Source: a virus. Taken from it: 64,000 nt of DNA. This document shows positions 48,993 to 59,445 of this stretch, piece by piece (position 1 is the stretch's first letter; each line of letters starts with the position of its first letter). Both the position numbers and the translations under genes were made by a program. Below the pieces are notes generated by a model. It searched no databases. It was given only the letters and a program-made list of their open reading frames with translations, and was not told the origin of the DNA. The stretch covers positions 16,174 to 80,173 of IMG/VR virus record IMGVR_UViG_3300035698_020096; one strand, written 5' to 3'.

Positions 48993-51405
48993 ACTCTTAC
49001 TTCCTAAAACATCAGTACCTCTAGATATATCAATCCTTAATGATGTTCAGTCTATATATTTAAGTAATCTAAGTAGAAATACTAACTATCTCCTATCTTT
49101 CTTTCAAGTAGTTAATGGTTTATCTGTAAGTATTATTAAGAAGAAACCATTAACTATATTTGTTAGTGCGGGTAGAGTATATGCCCATATAGAAGGGAGA
49201 GACTATGTTTTAGATATACCGTCTAGAACAATAGTTTTAAAGGAAGGATTAGATAGTTATTTAATAGGAGTATCCATTGAATTATATGAAGAAGATAACT
49301 TTAAAAACCCTCTTCAAGGTGGAAATGTTCTAGGTTCATTAGGAGCTAAAAGGTTAGTTTATAAAACCCAATTAGTTATCAATGAAGATTCTTTTACTAT
49401 TGGGCTTATAACTAAAGATTTAGAAGTCAGACATATTAATAGTAAGGGAAATATAACTCTTCATCGCAATATTAGTAATGCTTACATTCCTTATCTAGAT
49501 ATATATAAAAAGGATATAGGTAATTATGTATCTAGAGGATTCTCTATTAGTGAAACTGAAGATTCATATATTATCAGTCCAGGGGTAGCTTATATATCAG
49601 GACAAAGAATAAACATACCTAGAGTCACTATTCTAGATAAACCCTTAGATAATAAATCGTTTCATATAGGAGTAAATACTAATGGTGAAATAGCTATAAG
49701 CTCCTCATCAGATACATATGAATACCCCGAGGGCTCCTCAGTAAGTACTGAGGAGGGAGAAGATATATATGTGATTAGAGAGGAAGATGAGATTCTAACT
49801 AATATTTATATTCATGAGGGAATTATAACAACTCCTCCCTTGTTTCTACCACTTGTAATGAATCTATATAAAAATAGTAATAGAGAGATAGAAGAATGTC
49901 CTGTGTTCATGCCTTCTAATTCTGATATTAGGAATATTCAACAGGAGCTATTAGGTATAGAAAGAAGAACCGGGGAGGTAATAAACAGATTGAATCTAAT
50001 CAAAGGTACAAGTAATTTAAACGTATCTAAGTATTTAGTTATTAGCTCTTTTGATATTACTAACTCTGATATAAACTATCCTGGATATTCAGCTTATACA
50101 GATACTACTGGTTTAAACTCCACTACTTCTTTATTAAGTATTGATATCCCTTTTCTAGATGCTAGAGATAACTTATATCCTTACTATTTAGCAGGGGAGC
50201 TTATAACTGCTTATCCTATATGGTATGAACTATATAATATAGAAACCCCTTCTGCTTCTAGTTATATAAATGCTTCTTTATCTCCTACACATATAATCTT
50301 ATTTGAACAATTGAAGTATTTATTTCTAGCAATTAATTCAGAAGGAGGAGTTTCTATAGATAAAGAAGGAAATATAGCTGATACTCCTTTATTAGGTAAT
50401 ACTACGGATAATAGAATATATACAGGTAGTCTAATAGCACTGGTTGGTCCTAAGCCTAATAAGCTCAATGTTAATAATGAAACCTACCGCCAGGGGTTAA
50501 ATCTATCTGTAGGTAGAGGAACTATATCCCAATTAATAAATTTATCTAATCCTATTCTTAGTAACAGAGTATATATCCCTATCACCTCTTCTTGCCTTCT
50601 TTTAGTAACAGGAGACTATTTAGGTAATCCAGATTTAACTAACTTAAAAGCCTGGGGGTACTCTCTTTCATCTACTAATTACATAGAGTTAAATAAACCC
50701 CTTAGTCTATCAGGTAAAGTTCATGTTCTACTTGTCACTACTTTAAATATCCCTATTACTAACAGTTTGAATATTGGAACTGAACCGTCTAGGACTTATA
50801 TGGGGAATAATAGTTGGGTATCTAATACTTACTATTTACCTATTAGATTCAATGAAATAAACTATAGACAAGTAGAGAATAAAGTTCCTCTTACTATCTC
50901 TAGTAATAATCAATTTAATGAGATACGTTTTAACTTCAAAGGGATAAAGAGTCTTAGTTACAGCTATCAATCAGGGTTACAGTCGGGTCCTACTTCAAAT
51001 CTTTATTTAAAGTTAAGTACATATACTCAATCAACTAATATCGAATTAAACTTAGCTAAAGGGGATTATATAGATGTATTAGGTTCATATATAGATTTAG
51101 GATATATAAATCAAACCTTTAATTGGATATCAGTTAACTACTTTATAGAGAAGCCTTATAGAGGTATTCAAGTATTTATAGATGCCGAGGTAATCCTATC
51201 TTTCTCTTCTAACTATGGTCAAGCTTGGACTCTTATTCCTAGATCTAATCTAGGGGAGTATTATATAGAAGATTTAAGTAATACTGTACCTTATGAAGGT
51301 GTAACCGATACTACCACTCTTATTCGTAATAACTTAAAGTTAAGAATACAATCCGATACATTAGATAAACCTATCAGTAATATTCAGATTAAATTAATAC
51401 AATGA
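48982..51405 (+). CDS. Diverged DUF4815-like paralog
   Basis: PLDISILNDVQS, GAKRLV, GNYVSRG and ISPGVAYISGQRI mirror the preceding ORF. Confidence 0.65.
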   Translation: MYGKLLLPKTSVPLDISILNDVQSIYLSNLSRNTNYLLSFFQVVNGLSVSIIKKKPLTIFVSAGRVYAHIEGRDYVLDIPSRTIVLKEGLDSYLIGVSIELYEEDNFKNPLQGGNVLGSLGAKRLVYKTQLVINEDSFTIGLITKDLEVRHINSKGNITLHRNISNAYIPYLDIYKKDIGNYVSRGFSISETEDSYIISPGVAYISGQRINIPRVTILDKPLDNKSFHIGVNTNGEIAISSSSDTYEYPEGSSVSTEEGEDIYVIREEDEILTNIYIHEGIITTPPLFLPLVMNLYKNSNREIEECPVFMPSNSDIRNIQQELLGIERRTGEVINRLNLIKGTSNLNVSKYLVISSFDITNSDINYPGYSAYTDTTGLNSTTSLLSIDIPFLDARDNLYPYYLAGELITAYPIWYELYNIETPSASSYINASLSPTHIILFEQLKYLFLAINSEGGVSIDKEGNIADTPLLGNTTDNRIYTGSLIALVGPKPNKLNVNNETYRQGLNLSVGRGTISQLINLSNPILSNRVYIPITSSCLLLVTGDYLGNPDLTNLKAWGYSLSSTNYIELNKPLSLSGKVHVLLVTTLNIPITNSLNIGTEPSRTYMGNNSWVSNTYYLPIRFNEINYRQVENKVPLTISSNNQFNEIRFNFKGIKSLSYSYQSGLQSGPTSNLYLKLSTYTQSTNIELNLAKGDYIDVLGSYIDLGYINQTFNWISVNYFIEKPYRGIQVFIDAEVILSFSSNYGQAWTLIPRSNLGEYYIEDLSNTVPYEGVTDTTTLIRNNLKLRIQSDTLDKPISNIQIKLIQ

Positions 51406-51599
51406 AAGACCCTAGATTAAACATTCCCGGTGAGTATATAAAACATGGGGCTATTGCGTTCCCCCCTAAGAACAATATTAATAAAGAGCTAGAAGCCCTT
51501 AGAAAGGAGGTTGAGGAGAATAATAAAATAGTCAATCAACTATTACAACTCTTTCAACAACAACTTCAAACTTCTACTAAACTCCCCACTGAGGATTAA
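51402..51599 (+). CDS. Small coiled-coil virion protein
   Basis: GAIAF followed by a heptad run; ATGA overlap with the upstream gene. Confidence 0.55.
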   Translation: MKDPRLNIPGEYIKHGAIAFPPKNNINKELEALRKEVEENNKIVNQLLQLFQQQLQTSTKLPTED

Positions 51600-52109
51600 T
51601 TCTTTATCCAGCAATTGAATACTTTCCTTTTTATATACCCTTAGTCTATTTATAGATTGAGGGTTATTTATTACTAGATTACATTCAATAAGAAACTCTC
51701 GTTTAAGATAATCACGAAGTCCTTGTAGTACTAGTAATTTAGAACTACTTACCTGTAGATAATATTCTCTATGATTAGCTTGATTCCATCCTTTTGTGTA
51801 TATAACTTTACCCTTACACTCCAAGGAACCCGATATGAATCCCCTAATGAATTCTCTATTATCAACTCTATTGAATAGGAGATAATCTATATCTTCTCTC
51901 TTACCTTTAATATGTATTTCATACATCTCTCGTTTATAACCACTTAATAGCCAAGTAGTTAGATTAAAAACTTTACATAGTTCATAGACTTTATCCACTA
52001 TATCTATATCGGAAGTAGTAACTATATACCCTTGTTTCTTCTTTTTATGTCTAAGTAATAGAACAGCAAGGAGCCAGCCTTGATTAAATGATTGACATAC
52101 TAAACTCAT
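51543..52109 (-). CDS. Degenerate double-LAGLIDADG (homing endonuclease/WhiA-like) protein
   Basis: EFIRGFISGSLECKG...LQVSSSKLLVLQGLRDYL...RLRVYKKESI; canonical acidic residues are missing. Confidence 0.55.
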   Translation of the reverse strand: MSLVCQSFNQGWLLAVLLLRHKKKKQGYIVTTSDIDIVDKVYELCKVFNLTTWLLSGYKREMYEIHIKGKREDIDYLLFNRVDNREFIRGFISGSLECKGKVIYTKGWNQANHREYYLQVSSSKLLVLQGLRDYLKREFLIECNLVINNPQSINRLRVYKKESIQLLDKELILSGEFSRSLKLLLKEL

Positions 52110-52167
52110 TCTTCATATCCCTAATATTTACTAAGAGCAACGTTGTCACTAGTAAATATATAGATAT

Positions 52168-54492
52168 ATGGTCAAGATACATGTATTAAGATCTTTCAGG
52201 TTTATTTATGGAGATAAAAATATATATCTTCCAGCAGGTACTATTCATACTTTAGACCCTTCTATCCCTGCACAGAAAGCAGAGATAGATTATATGAAAT
52301 CTCCTTCCTTTCCTTACAGATTCTTTATTAGTATAGAAGAACCTGTAACTCCTACTAATCCGGGTGGTGGGACTGGGGGTAATAACGGAGGATGTAACGG
52401 GGGAGGTACAGGCGGTGGTGGAAATACAGGTGGGGGTTCTACTGGTAATGTAATCCCAGTGTTAGATACACCTCCTACTAATCCTCCTGTAGGTTATATT
52501 TATTATCATTTACCTACAGATAGATTAATGATGTGGGATGGGGCTATGTGGGTTCCTTTAACCGGTGGAGGAACTGGAGGTACAGGTGGTGGTACTTCAG
52601 GAATAATACCTCAAGTGTTTGGGGATATAACTAGTAATGGCTTAACCAATGAATTAACTATTAGACCTGGAACTATTGTAGATAGTGATATATCTCCAAA
52701 CGCTTCTATAGCTCTATCTAAACTGGAAAGGAATCCTCTTGATAGGATGAATCATATAGGAGTACAGCCTGCTTCTACTATTATCGACTTTGATTCCAGA
52801 GTAAGAGCTAATTCCTTAGATAAGTTTGCTCCGGCTCAAAATGATGTATCTATGGGAGGTAATAGATTAATCCATCTAGATTTACCCTGTGAGGATACCG
52901 ATGCGGCTAATAAAGCCTATGTAGATGCAAAGGTTAATAATATAGACCTTTGTAATATTATGGGTCCGACCTGTGATTTTAACTTCAGAGGTTATAAATT
53001 AAATAATCTAGGTGACCCAGTAGACCCTAAAGACGCAGTTAGTAAGAGTTATTTAGAGAGCTTTGTAGCTTCCCAACTTAATACTTTAGGTTCAGTACGT
53101 CTTATAGCAAACAGTGAAATTCCTTCTCTTAGAGGTCTAGATGTAGTTATAGATGGTAGACCTGTACAAGTAGGAGATAGAATCCTATATAACGGAGACA
53201 GAGACCCACGTCTTAACGGGGTTTATCTAGTCTCATCAGGCAACTGGATTAGAGCTCTAGATGCCGATTCAGGTACAGAGTTAAAACCAGGTAGAACCTT
53301 TATGGTTACCGAAGGTACTTCTTACGCTAATACTGCCTTTGTAACTGTATCACCTGATACCAATCCTGTAATGGGTGTAAGTGCTTATTCCTTTAGGCAA
53401 TATACAGGCTCAGGTTCAGTATTAATAGGAGATGGGCTGTGTTACCTCAATAACCGTATAGTAGCTAAAGGTGTACCTGGAGAAGTATTGGTTACTAACA
53501 GTGGTATTGGATTAGACCCAACATGGTCTGGTTCTACTTATCTCTCTATATTAGGTACCGTCACTCATGGTACTTGGAAAGGTAGGCCTATTGAAATAGC
53601 TCATGGGGGTACAGGAGCTAATAATAAAGCAATGGCTAGGTCTAACTTAGGTGCAGCCGCCTCAGGGGTTAATGGAGATATATCTGAACTAGTAGGTTTA
53701 ACCACACCTTTATTTATAGACCAAGGGGGTACTGGTGCTTGTAATCCAGCAGATGCTAGAGTTAATCTTCAAGCTGCTGATTGCATTAATGGAATATCTA
53801 CCTGTATTACTCAATTACCTAACTTTGTTGGTCCTCTAGGAATACATCAAGGTGGTACTGGAGCTATTGAAAAGAATACAGCTAGATTCAATCTATCAGC
53901 AGCTAAGAGTGGTTCTAATTATGATATTACCTCTCTGCATGGATTATCTACCCCACTATCTATCTCTCAAGGAGGAACTAACGCTACTACTGCGCCTGAA
54001 GCTAGAGTAAATCTAGGGGCAGTGGGTACAGGACTTAATCTAGGTACGGGTCAAGGAGTATATTTAGATACAGTTAATCAGAATGCAGATAGAGTAATGA
54101 GATTTAAAACCTTATTACAAGGTACAGGAATTACTTTAACTCCTACCGGTACAGATATTACCTTAGCTGTTAACCCTGCTACTATACCCTTATCTAGTCT
54201 GGCAGGAGTTCTTTCAATAGAGAAAGGGGGTACTAATGCCATTACAAGTACTCAAGCTTTAACTAATCTAAATGGAGTATCTACTGCCATAAATGTAGGA
54301 GCGGGCACAGGTCTAGTCTTTATAGATAAGCAAGGTACTACTTTAAGATTAAGGAGCGTAAGAGCTAATCCAGGAATTAGAGTTGAAACTATAGGGGATG
54401 AAATAGTCATTAGCCCTAATATCACGGCAGGGGCTGGTATTCAATTAAATACAGTAGGAGATATTATTCAAATAGTTAATATGAATCCTTAA
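52168..54492 (+). CDS. Long fibre protein 1
   Basis: Gly-rich linkers, DAANKAYVD/DAVSKSY stalk repeats, IDG...GDRIL...NGVY...WIRALDAD domain, L.I.QGGTGA.....AR.NL repeats. Confidence 0.8.
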   Translation: MVKIHVLRSFRFIYGDKNIYLPAGTIHTLDPSIPAQKAEIDYMKSPSFPYRFFISIEEPVTPTNPGGGTGGNNGGCNGGGTGGGGNTGGGSTGNVIPVLDTPPTNPPVGYIYYHLPTDRLMMWDGAMWVPLTGGGTGGTGGGTSGIIPQVFGDITSNGLTNELTIRPGTIVDSDISPNASIALSKLERNPLDRMNHIGVQPASTIIDFDSRVRANSLDKFAPAQNDVSMGGNRLIHLDLPCEDTDAANKAYVDAKVNNIDLCNIMGPTCDFNFRGYKLNNLGDPVDPKDAVSKSYLESFVASQLNTLGSVRLIANSEIPSLRGLDVVIDGRPVQVGDRILYNGDRDPRLNGVYLVSSGNWIRALDADSGTELKPGRTFMVTEGTSYANTAFVTVSPDTNPVMGVSAYSFRQYTGSGSVLIGDGLCYLNNRIVAKGVPGEVLVTNSGIGLDPTWSGSTYLSILGTVTHGTWKGRPIEIAHGGTGANNKAMARSNLGAAASGVNGDISELVGLTTPLFIDQGGTGACNPADARVNLQAADCINGISTCITQLPNFVGPLGIHQGGTGAIEKNTARFNLSAAKSGSNYDITSLHGLSTPLSISQGGTNATTAPEARVNLGAVGTGLNLGTGQGVYLDTVNQNADRVMRFKTLLQGTGITLTPTGTDITLAVNPATIPLSSLAGVLSIEKGGTNAITSTQALTNLNGVSTAINVGAGTGLVFIDKQGTTLRLRSVRANPGIRVETIGDEIVISPNITAGAGIQLNTVGDIIQIVNMNP

Positions 54493-54526
54493 TATTAATA
54501 AGTCATTTAAATCAAGTAAATAACAC

Positions 54527-54565
54527 AAACAACACAGAGATATATTTCTTATCTCTGTGTTGTTT
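54527..54565 (+). terminator. 16-bp perfect hairpin between the fibre genes
   Basis: AAACAACACAGAGATA/TATCTCTGTGTTGTTT. Confidence 0.55.
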
Positions 54566-54668
54566 ATTATATGCCATACAGTTTTTATATTTACAACCTC
54601 ATTTCCTTACTAGACAATTACTTGAAGCTATTAATAAGTAAAGCTTCAATAATCAGGATTTAAAGTAA

Positions 54669-57600
54669 ATGTCTACTAGAATACCAGTTAATATTCTAAA
54701 GAGCTTCAGACATATTTATGGTAATAAAGACCTTAATCTTCGTAATGGAGGTATTTATTATTTAGATATTGAGAAGCCAGAAGACCGTGATGAACTCATC
54801 TACATGATGTCTGGGTCTTTCCCACACAGACACTTCATTTCAGTAGAGATGTCACCTGCACTAATGCAAGTCTTAGCTCTATCTCAATTCGATGCTAAGG
54901 AAAGACCTCCTACTGCTCCTGCCTTAGCTCAGGTGTATTACAACACTCTTACAGGTAAAGCTTATATATGGGATGGTTCAGCTTGGAGAGATATGACCTG
55001 TTGTGGGGATTCAGGTACAGGGGGTGCAGGTAATGCTACAGTACCTGCATTATTTGGGGATGTAACTTCAGATGGATTCTCTAACGAAGTACAAATTAGT
55101 CCTAATGTAATAGTAGATGCAGACATTTCCCCTTCTGCTGCTATTAAACTTAGTAAGTTAGAAAGGAATCCTGTAGATAGAGCTAATCACACAGGTACTC
55201 AACCGGCCTCTACTATTCACGACTTCCTTCCCACCGTAAGAAGTGTGACGTTAAACCAGATGGCTCCGCCTAATGGTAATGTCACCATGAATAACTTTCG
55301 CATTACTAATCTACAACCTCCAATAGCTGCTACAGATGCAGCTACTAAAGGATATGTAGACCAAGCTATAGCTGGTATGGGTCTAACCTTTCCTATTCCA
55401 CTAAGTCAAGGTGGTACAGGAGTGGCTGCCTCATCCCCTGTAATGGCTCTTAATGCTTTAGAGGGTATCGCTGATGGTAGAAATCTACCTATAGCGGGCA
55501 CACCTCCTGCTAATAGTGGAAGAATATTCTTTGGTAAGAGTACTGGTACTGGAGTAACCCCTTCTTATTTAGACTTTAGAAGAATAGCTGTTACTCCTCC
55601 TCTTACTATTATTGAAAATACAGACCATCTTCTTATAGGTTTTAGTAATACGGGGGGTGCTGGTCTTGATATTAATACAGCATTGGTAGGTTATCCTCTT
55701 GCTATTAATAGAGGAGGTACTGGTGCTACTACCGCTCCTAACGCTCGTATAAACCTAGGTGCAGTGGGAAGAGGGGAAAATTCATTAGGAGATAGTACGA
55801 CTACTGGTAATGTTTACAGAGATGTAATCAACTCCAGTGGTGATATCACCATGAGATTCCGTTCTCTAGTTGAAGTGCCAATGGGTGCTATTGATATTAG
55901 TCAAATAGGGAATGGGGTCCACTTCTCCGTTAAACAAGGAGAGTTGAACCTAGCCAATATAGGAGGTTCTATTGACCTTGCTACTAACCAAGCTACCGGA
56001 ATTCTTCCTATTAGTAAGGGTGGTACTAACGCTACTACAGTACCGGCAGCTAGAGATAATCTAGATATTATTTATGATGCTCGTCTAATAACAGGAGCCA
56101 CGGGGCAATCCCCTCTTGCTTCTCCTGCTGTTGTTCAAACTCCTGGAGATGGTGGAGTTATTCAAGTTAAAGGTATTAGAGCTGGTAACAATATTACCAT
56201 TGTTTCTACTGGTACTGATATAGAAATTAGTGCTAATGCTGCCACTGTTTCTACTGGTATGAATATTGGTACTGGAGTAGGTAAAGTATATGCTAATAAC
56301 AATGGTCCTGTACTTAACTTTAAATCTATAGCTGCTGGTCCTGGTATAGGTATAGTAAATGGTACTACTGATGTAACTATTAGTGCTAGAGCCGAGAATC
56401 TTCCGGGGGCAGGGGCTATGGTTCTAAATACCCCCTTACCTGTAGTGGCTGGAGCTCCTATTCAATTCCGTACTATTGCACCAGGAGCAGGAATAACTGT
56501 AGTTCAAAATACTAATGATATTACCATTTCCTCTCTAGCTCCTACTTCAGTAACTAATGTAGGTAGTAAAGCAGGTCAAGTATATAAAGATATAACTGCT
56601 GGAACTATTAACCTTAGAACTATTGGAGGCACCACAGGTGTATTAGCCGCCGATGGTATTCAAGCCATAACTGTAGGAGATGAAATCCATCTTTCTACTC
56701 TGATTGCAAATGCAGCTAATATTGGTACGGCTCAACCCATTTTAGCGACAGCTACTCCTATTAGTGCCACTGGAACTGTTCTTCAGTTTAAGGGTATTAG
56801 AGCGGGTAGGGGTACTAGCTTAACTACTAGTACCGCTACTGATGTAGTTGTTGATACCCTACTTGTGGGTTTAGGTTCAGGAGAACCAATTTTAATATCA
56901 GAAACCCCCGCAGCAGGCGCTCCTTACCAATTAAAACATATCTTAGGTGGTACAGGTATTACTGTAACTACTGTTGCTAATGATATGGTTATTAGCTATG
57001 CTGGAACCACTGCTGTGGCTTTGAATGGTGGTTATGGTATAACCGTAACTGGTGCAGATATAGTAGCTCATGCAGCTAACCTAGGGGGACAGCAGGTTAT
57101 ATTAGCTAATCCTACTGGAGCAGCTACTGACCCAATGAACTTCAAAGGTATCACTGCTGGTACTAATGTAAGTCTTGCTAACTCCACAGCTACTGAGGTA
57201 ATTATAGATGTTACAGGGGTGATAAGTGCAGCCGCTAACATTACTGCTCCTCCTGCACTAACTGGTACATATACCCCTGGTACTTTCTATAGAGATATAA
57301 TATCTCCTACTATTAACTTTAAGACCTTACATGTAGGTTCACCCCTAGCCTCTTTCCCTGGAGCTACTGTTACAAATAGTGCAAGTGATGTAGTAGTAGA
57401 CTTACATATAGTTAATGCAGAAAGCTTAGGTACTAGTGCACATATATATACTACTGGCCCTGTAACCGCCCCTGGCACCACTCTACAGTTCAAAGGTATT
57501 ACGGCTGGTACTGGTATATCACTAGCTAACACTACAGCTACCGATATTGTTATTGATGCTTTACCCTTCAATGGAGTTAATGTAGGTGCTGGTCCTGGTC

Positions 57601-58604
57601 AATCATTAGTTACTCCCTTAGTAGCTGGAGGTCCAGTACAATTCCGCAGTATCTTAGGTACTAGTGGTATTACCGTTACCCAGACAGCTACTGAAATAAC
57701 AATAGCTGGACCTGCTACTGTAGCTAATACCCCCATTTCTATTGGTACTGGTGTTCCTGTATATAAAGGATTAAATGGTACTAGTGAAGAGCATAGAAGT
57801 ATTCTAGGCGGTTATGGTATTACTGCCGAACTTTCTACTTCTACTAATGAAGTTAATGTTAGAGCCCATGCTGAGAACTTACCAGGTACAGGTCAGCTAA
57901 TTCTATCTACTACTAGTCAGTTAGATGCAGACCCCCTACGCTTTAGAACTATTGCTCCTGCTATCACTAATCCTGGTATTGCTGTAACTAGTGATGCTAA
58001 TAACATATATCTCCAAGCTACATTAGCTGGTGTGACTGTGGTAGGTACTGGTGTAAGTCTAACTACTTCTACTCTACCTTTAACCCCTGGTTCTACTCTT
58101 GCCCTTAAGACTGTCCTAGGTGGTCATGGTATTACTGCTGAAAATAGTCTAAGTGGTAATGAAATTAATGTTAGAGCACATGCTGCTAGTGTAGGTACTG
58201 GGGTTCCTGTATTAGCTAATCCTACTGGGGCGGATGCGGACCCATTAAACTTTAGAAGTGTTCTAGCTGAACTAAATTCAGGTATAGATGTAACTTTAGT
58301 TGGCAATGATGTAGTTATTGGTTATACTCCTCCAGTACCTATCTCACCTAATGGTTTCTCTACTACTGCTCCTTTATCTCCTGTAACTAGTGCAGGTATC
58401 CATACTTGGACAGTCACTCATAATCTTGGACTACCTGCACCATTCACTCAGTTTACTTATATGGGTTATGATTCCGGAACTGGAGATGGTATATTAGTGG
58501 CTAATATTACTCCTGTTGATGGCAATACCGTACAATTCACTGTTGTTAATGGAGGGGCTGCCCCTTCTACTTCTACTCATTTCCGTCTAGTTAAAGCTCT
58601 TTAA
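54669..58604 (+). CDS. Long fibre protein 2 (paralog of fibre 1)
   Basis: Shares FGD.TS.G..NE...LSKLERNP.DR.NH.G.QPASTI with fibre 1; more than 15 N.G.G...(L/I).F(K/R).I..G.GI repeats; C-terminal VTHNLG. Confidence 0.8.
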   Translation: MSTRIPVNILKSFRHIYGNKDLNLRNGGIYYLDIEKPEDRDELIYMMSGSFPHRHFISVEMSPALMQVLALSQFDAKERPPTAPALAQVYYNTLTGKAYIWDGSAWRDMTCCGDSGTGGAGNATVPALFGDVTSDGFSNEVQISPNVIVDADISPSAAIKLSKLERNPVDRANHTGTQPASTIHDFLPTVRSVTLNQMAPPNGNVTMNNFRITNLQPPIAATDAATKGYVDQAIAGMGLTFPIPLSQGGTGVAASSPVMALNALEGIADGRNLPIAGTPPANSGRIFFGKSTGTGVTPSYLDFRRIAVTPPLTIIENTDHLLIGFSNTGGAGLDINTALVGYPLAINRGGTGATTAPNARINLGAVGRGENSLGDSTTTGNVYRDVINSSGDITMRFRSLVEVPMGAIDISQIGNGVHFSVKQGELNLANIGGSIDLATNQATGILPISKGGTNATTVPAARDNLDIIYDARLITGATGQSPLASPAVVQTPGDGGVIQVKGIRAGNNITIVSTGTDIEISANAATVSTGMNIGTGVGKVYANNNGPVLNFKSIAAGPGIGIVNGTTDVTISARAENLPGAGAMVLNTPLPVVAGAPIQFRTIAPGAGITVVQNTNDITISSLAPTSVTNVGSKAGQVYKDITAGTINLRTIGGTTGVLAADGIQAITVGDEIHLSTLIANAANIGTAQPILATATPISATGTVLQFKGIRAGRGTSLTTSTATDVVVDTLLVGLGSGEPILISETPAAGAPYQLKHILGGTGITVTTVANDMVISYAGTTAVALNGGYGITVTGADIVAHAANLGGQQVILANPTGAATDPMNFKGITAGTNVSLANSTATEVIIDVTGVISAAANITAPPALTGTYTPGTFYRDIISPTINFKTLHVGSPLASFPGATVTNSASDVVVDLHIVNAESLGTSAHIYTTGPVTAPGTTLQFKGITAGTGISLANTTATDIVIDALPFNGVNVGAGPGQSLVTPLVAGGPVQFRSILGTSGITVTQTATEITIAGPATVANTPISIGTGVPVYKGLNGTSEEHRSILGGYGITAELSTSTNEVNVRAHAENLPGTGQLILSTTSQLDADPLRFRTIAPAITNPGIAVTSDANNIYLQATLAGVTVVGTGVSLTTSTLPLTPGSTLALKTVLGGHGITAENSLSGNEINVRAHAASVGTGVPVLANPTGADADPLNFRSVLAELNSGIDVTLVGNDVVIGYTPPVPISPNGFSTTAPLSPVTSAGIHTWTVTHNLGLPAPFTQFTYMGYDSGTGDGILVANITPVDGNTVQFTVVNGGAAPSTSTHFRLVKAL

Positions 58605-58611
58605 TTAGATT

Positions 58612-58683
58612 GATATCTTCAATAATTAAGAAAGATTCTAAATCTTAAGTCCAAAGTGATTGTCTTTAATTATTGAAGATATC
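58612..58683. promoter_or_regulatory. Long hairpin whose 5' arm recurs after the capsid gene
   Basis: 18-bp perfect stem GATATCTTCAATAATTAA/TTAATTATTGAAGATATC; 58612-58635 matches 13529-13552 at 23/24 positions. Confidence 0.5.
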
Positions 58684-58722
58684 TATTCTTATCTTTTAAG
58701 TTCTATTATTTAATAAAATATT

Positions 58723-58941
58723 ATGGCAAGTCCAATAATCCAAGTAATGCGACATTATGCTTCAGAGCAAGGTGTAACAATGGACCGTGTAGGTGTATAT
58801 CGATATGAAGAAGGGGCTGAACACTTTAAACAATCAGAGTGGGATGCTCTTAAGTCCTATCCTACCTTTGAAGAGATAGAGGCTTATATTGCTGGTTTAG
58901 GTCAAGTCTTCATAATTGGATTCTATGTAAAACCCGAATAG
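58723..58941 (+). CDS. Hypothetical protein (possible fibre chaperone)
   Basis: 72-aa ORF after the fibres. Confidence 0.55.
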   Translation: MASPIIQVMRHYASEQGVTMDRVGVYRYEEGAEHFKQSEWDALKSYPTFEEIEAYIAGLGQVFIIGFYVKPE

Positions 58942-58980
58942 CTTACTAAATAAACCTAACTTTCCTCCAACTTATGCAAA

Positions 58981-59013
58981 GAGCATCCTATTTAATAGGA
59001 TGTTCTTTTGATT
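58981..59013 (+). terminator. Rho-independent terminator
   Basis: GAGCATCCTAT-TTA-ATAGGATGTTC followed by TTTTGATT. Confidence 0.6.
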
Positions 59014-59031
59014 TATATCCATCAAACTTAT

Positions 59032-59445
59032 ATGAATGAAGATTTGTTTACATTCCTTCAAAAGATAAATCCATTAAAAGAAAGTTTGCCTCTTAGATCA
59101 GGGGGGTCTCTTGTAGATAATAATAAGAATTACTTATTAAAGATGTTACCTGAGCTACCAGACTATAAAGTTTATTTATTATCGATTCTTCTTCAACATC
59201 AAAATATAAGAGTCTTTACTAAAGATGAATTAGTAACAGTAGCTAGTTTAAGACTTGAACTCCTTAATGATTATAGTAATGCCACAGTACCTACAGTTAT
59301 AACTAATGATGACCCTTTATTTGATACTGGTTCTAATCGAGTTAATAGATTGATAAGTAACAAAGGTCTAGCTTCATTACAAATAAATTACATGAATGCT
59401 CGTAAGATTAAATCAGTTAAAGGATTTATAGAGGAAATTATATGA
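59032..59445 (+). CDS. Hypothetical protein
   Basis: ATG at 59032 preferred because the track start (TTG 59008) lies in the terminator tail. Confidence 0.55.
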   Translation: MNEDLFTFLQKINPLKESLPLRSGGSLVDNNKNYLLKMLPELPDYKVYLLSILLQHQNIRVFTKDELVTVASLRLELLNDYSNATVPTVITNDDPLFDTGSNRVNRLISNKGLASLQINYMNARKIKSVKGFIEEII

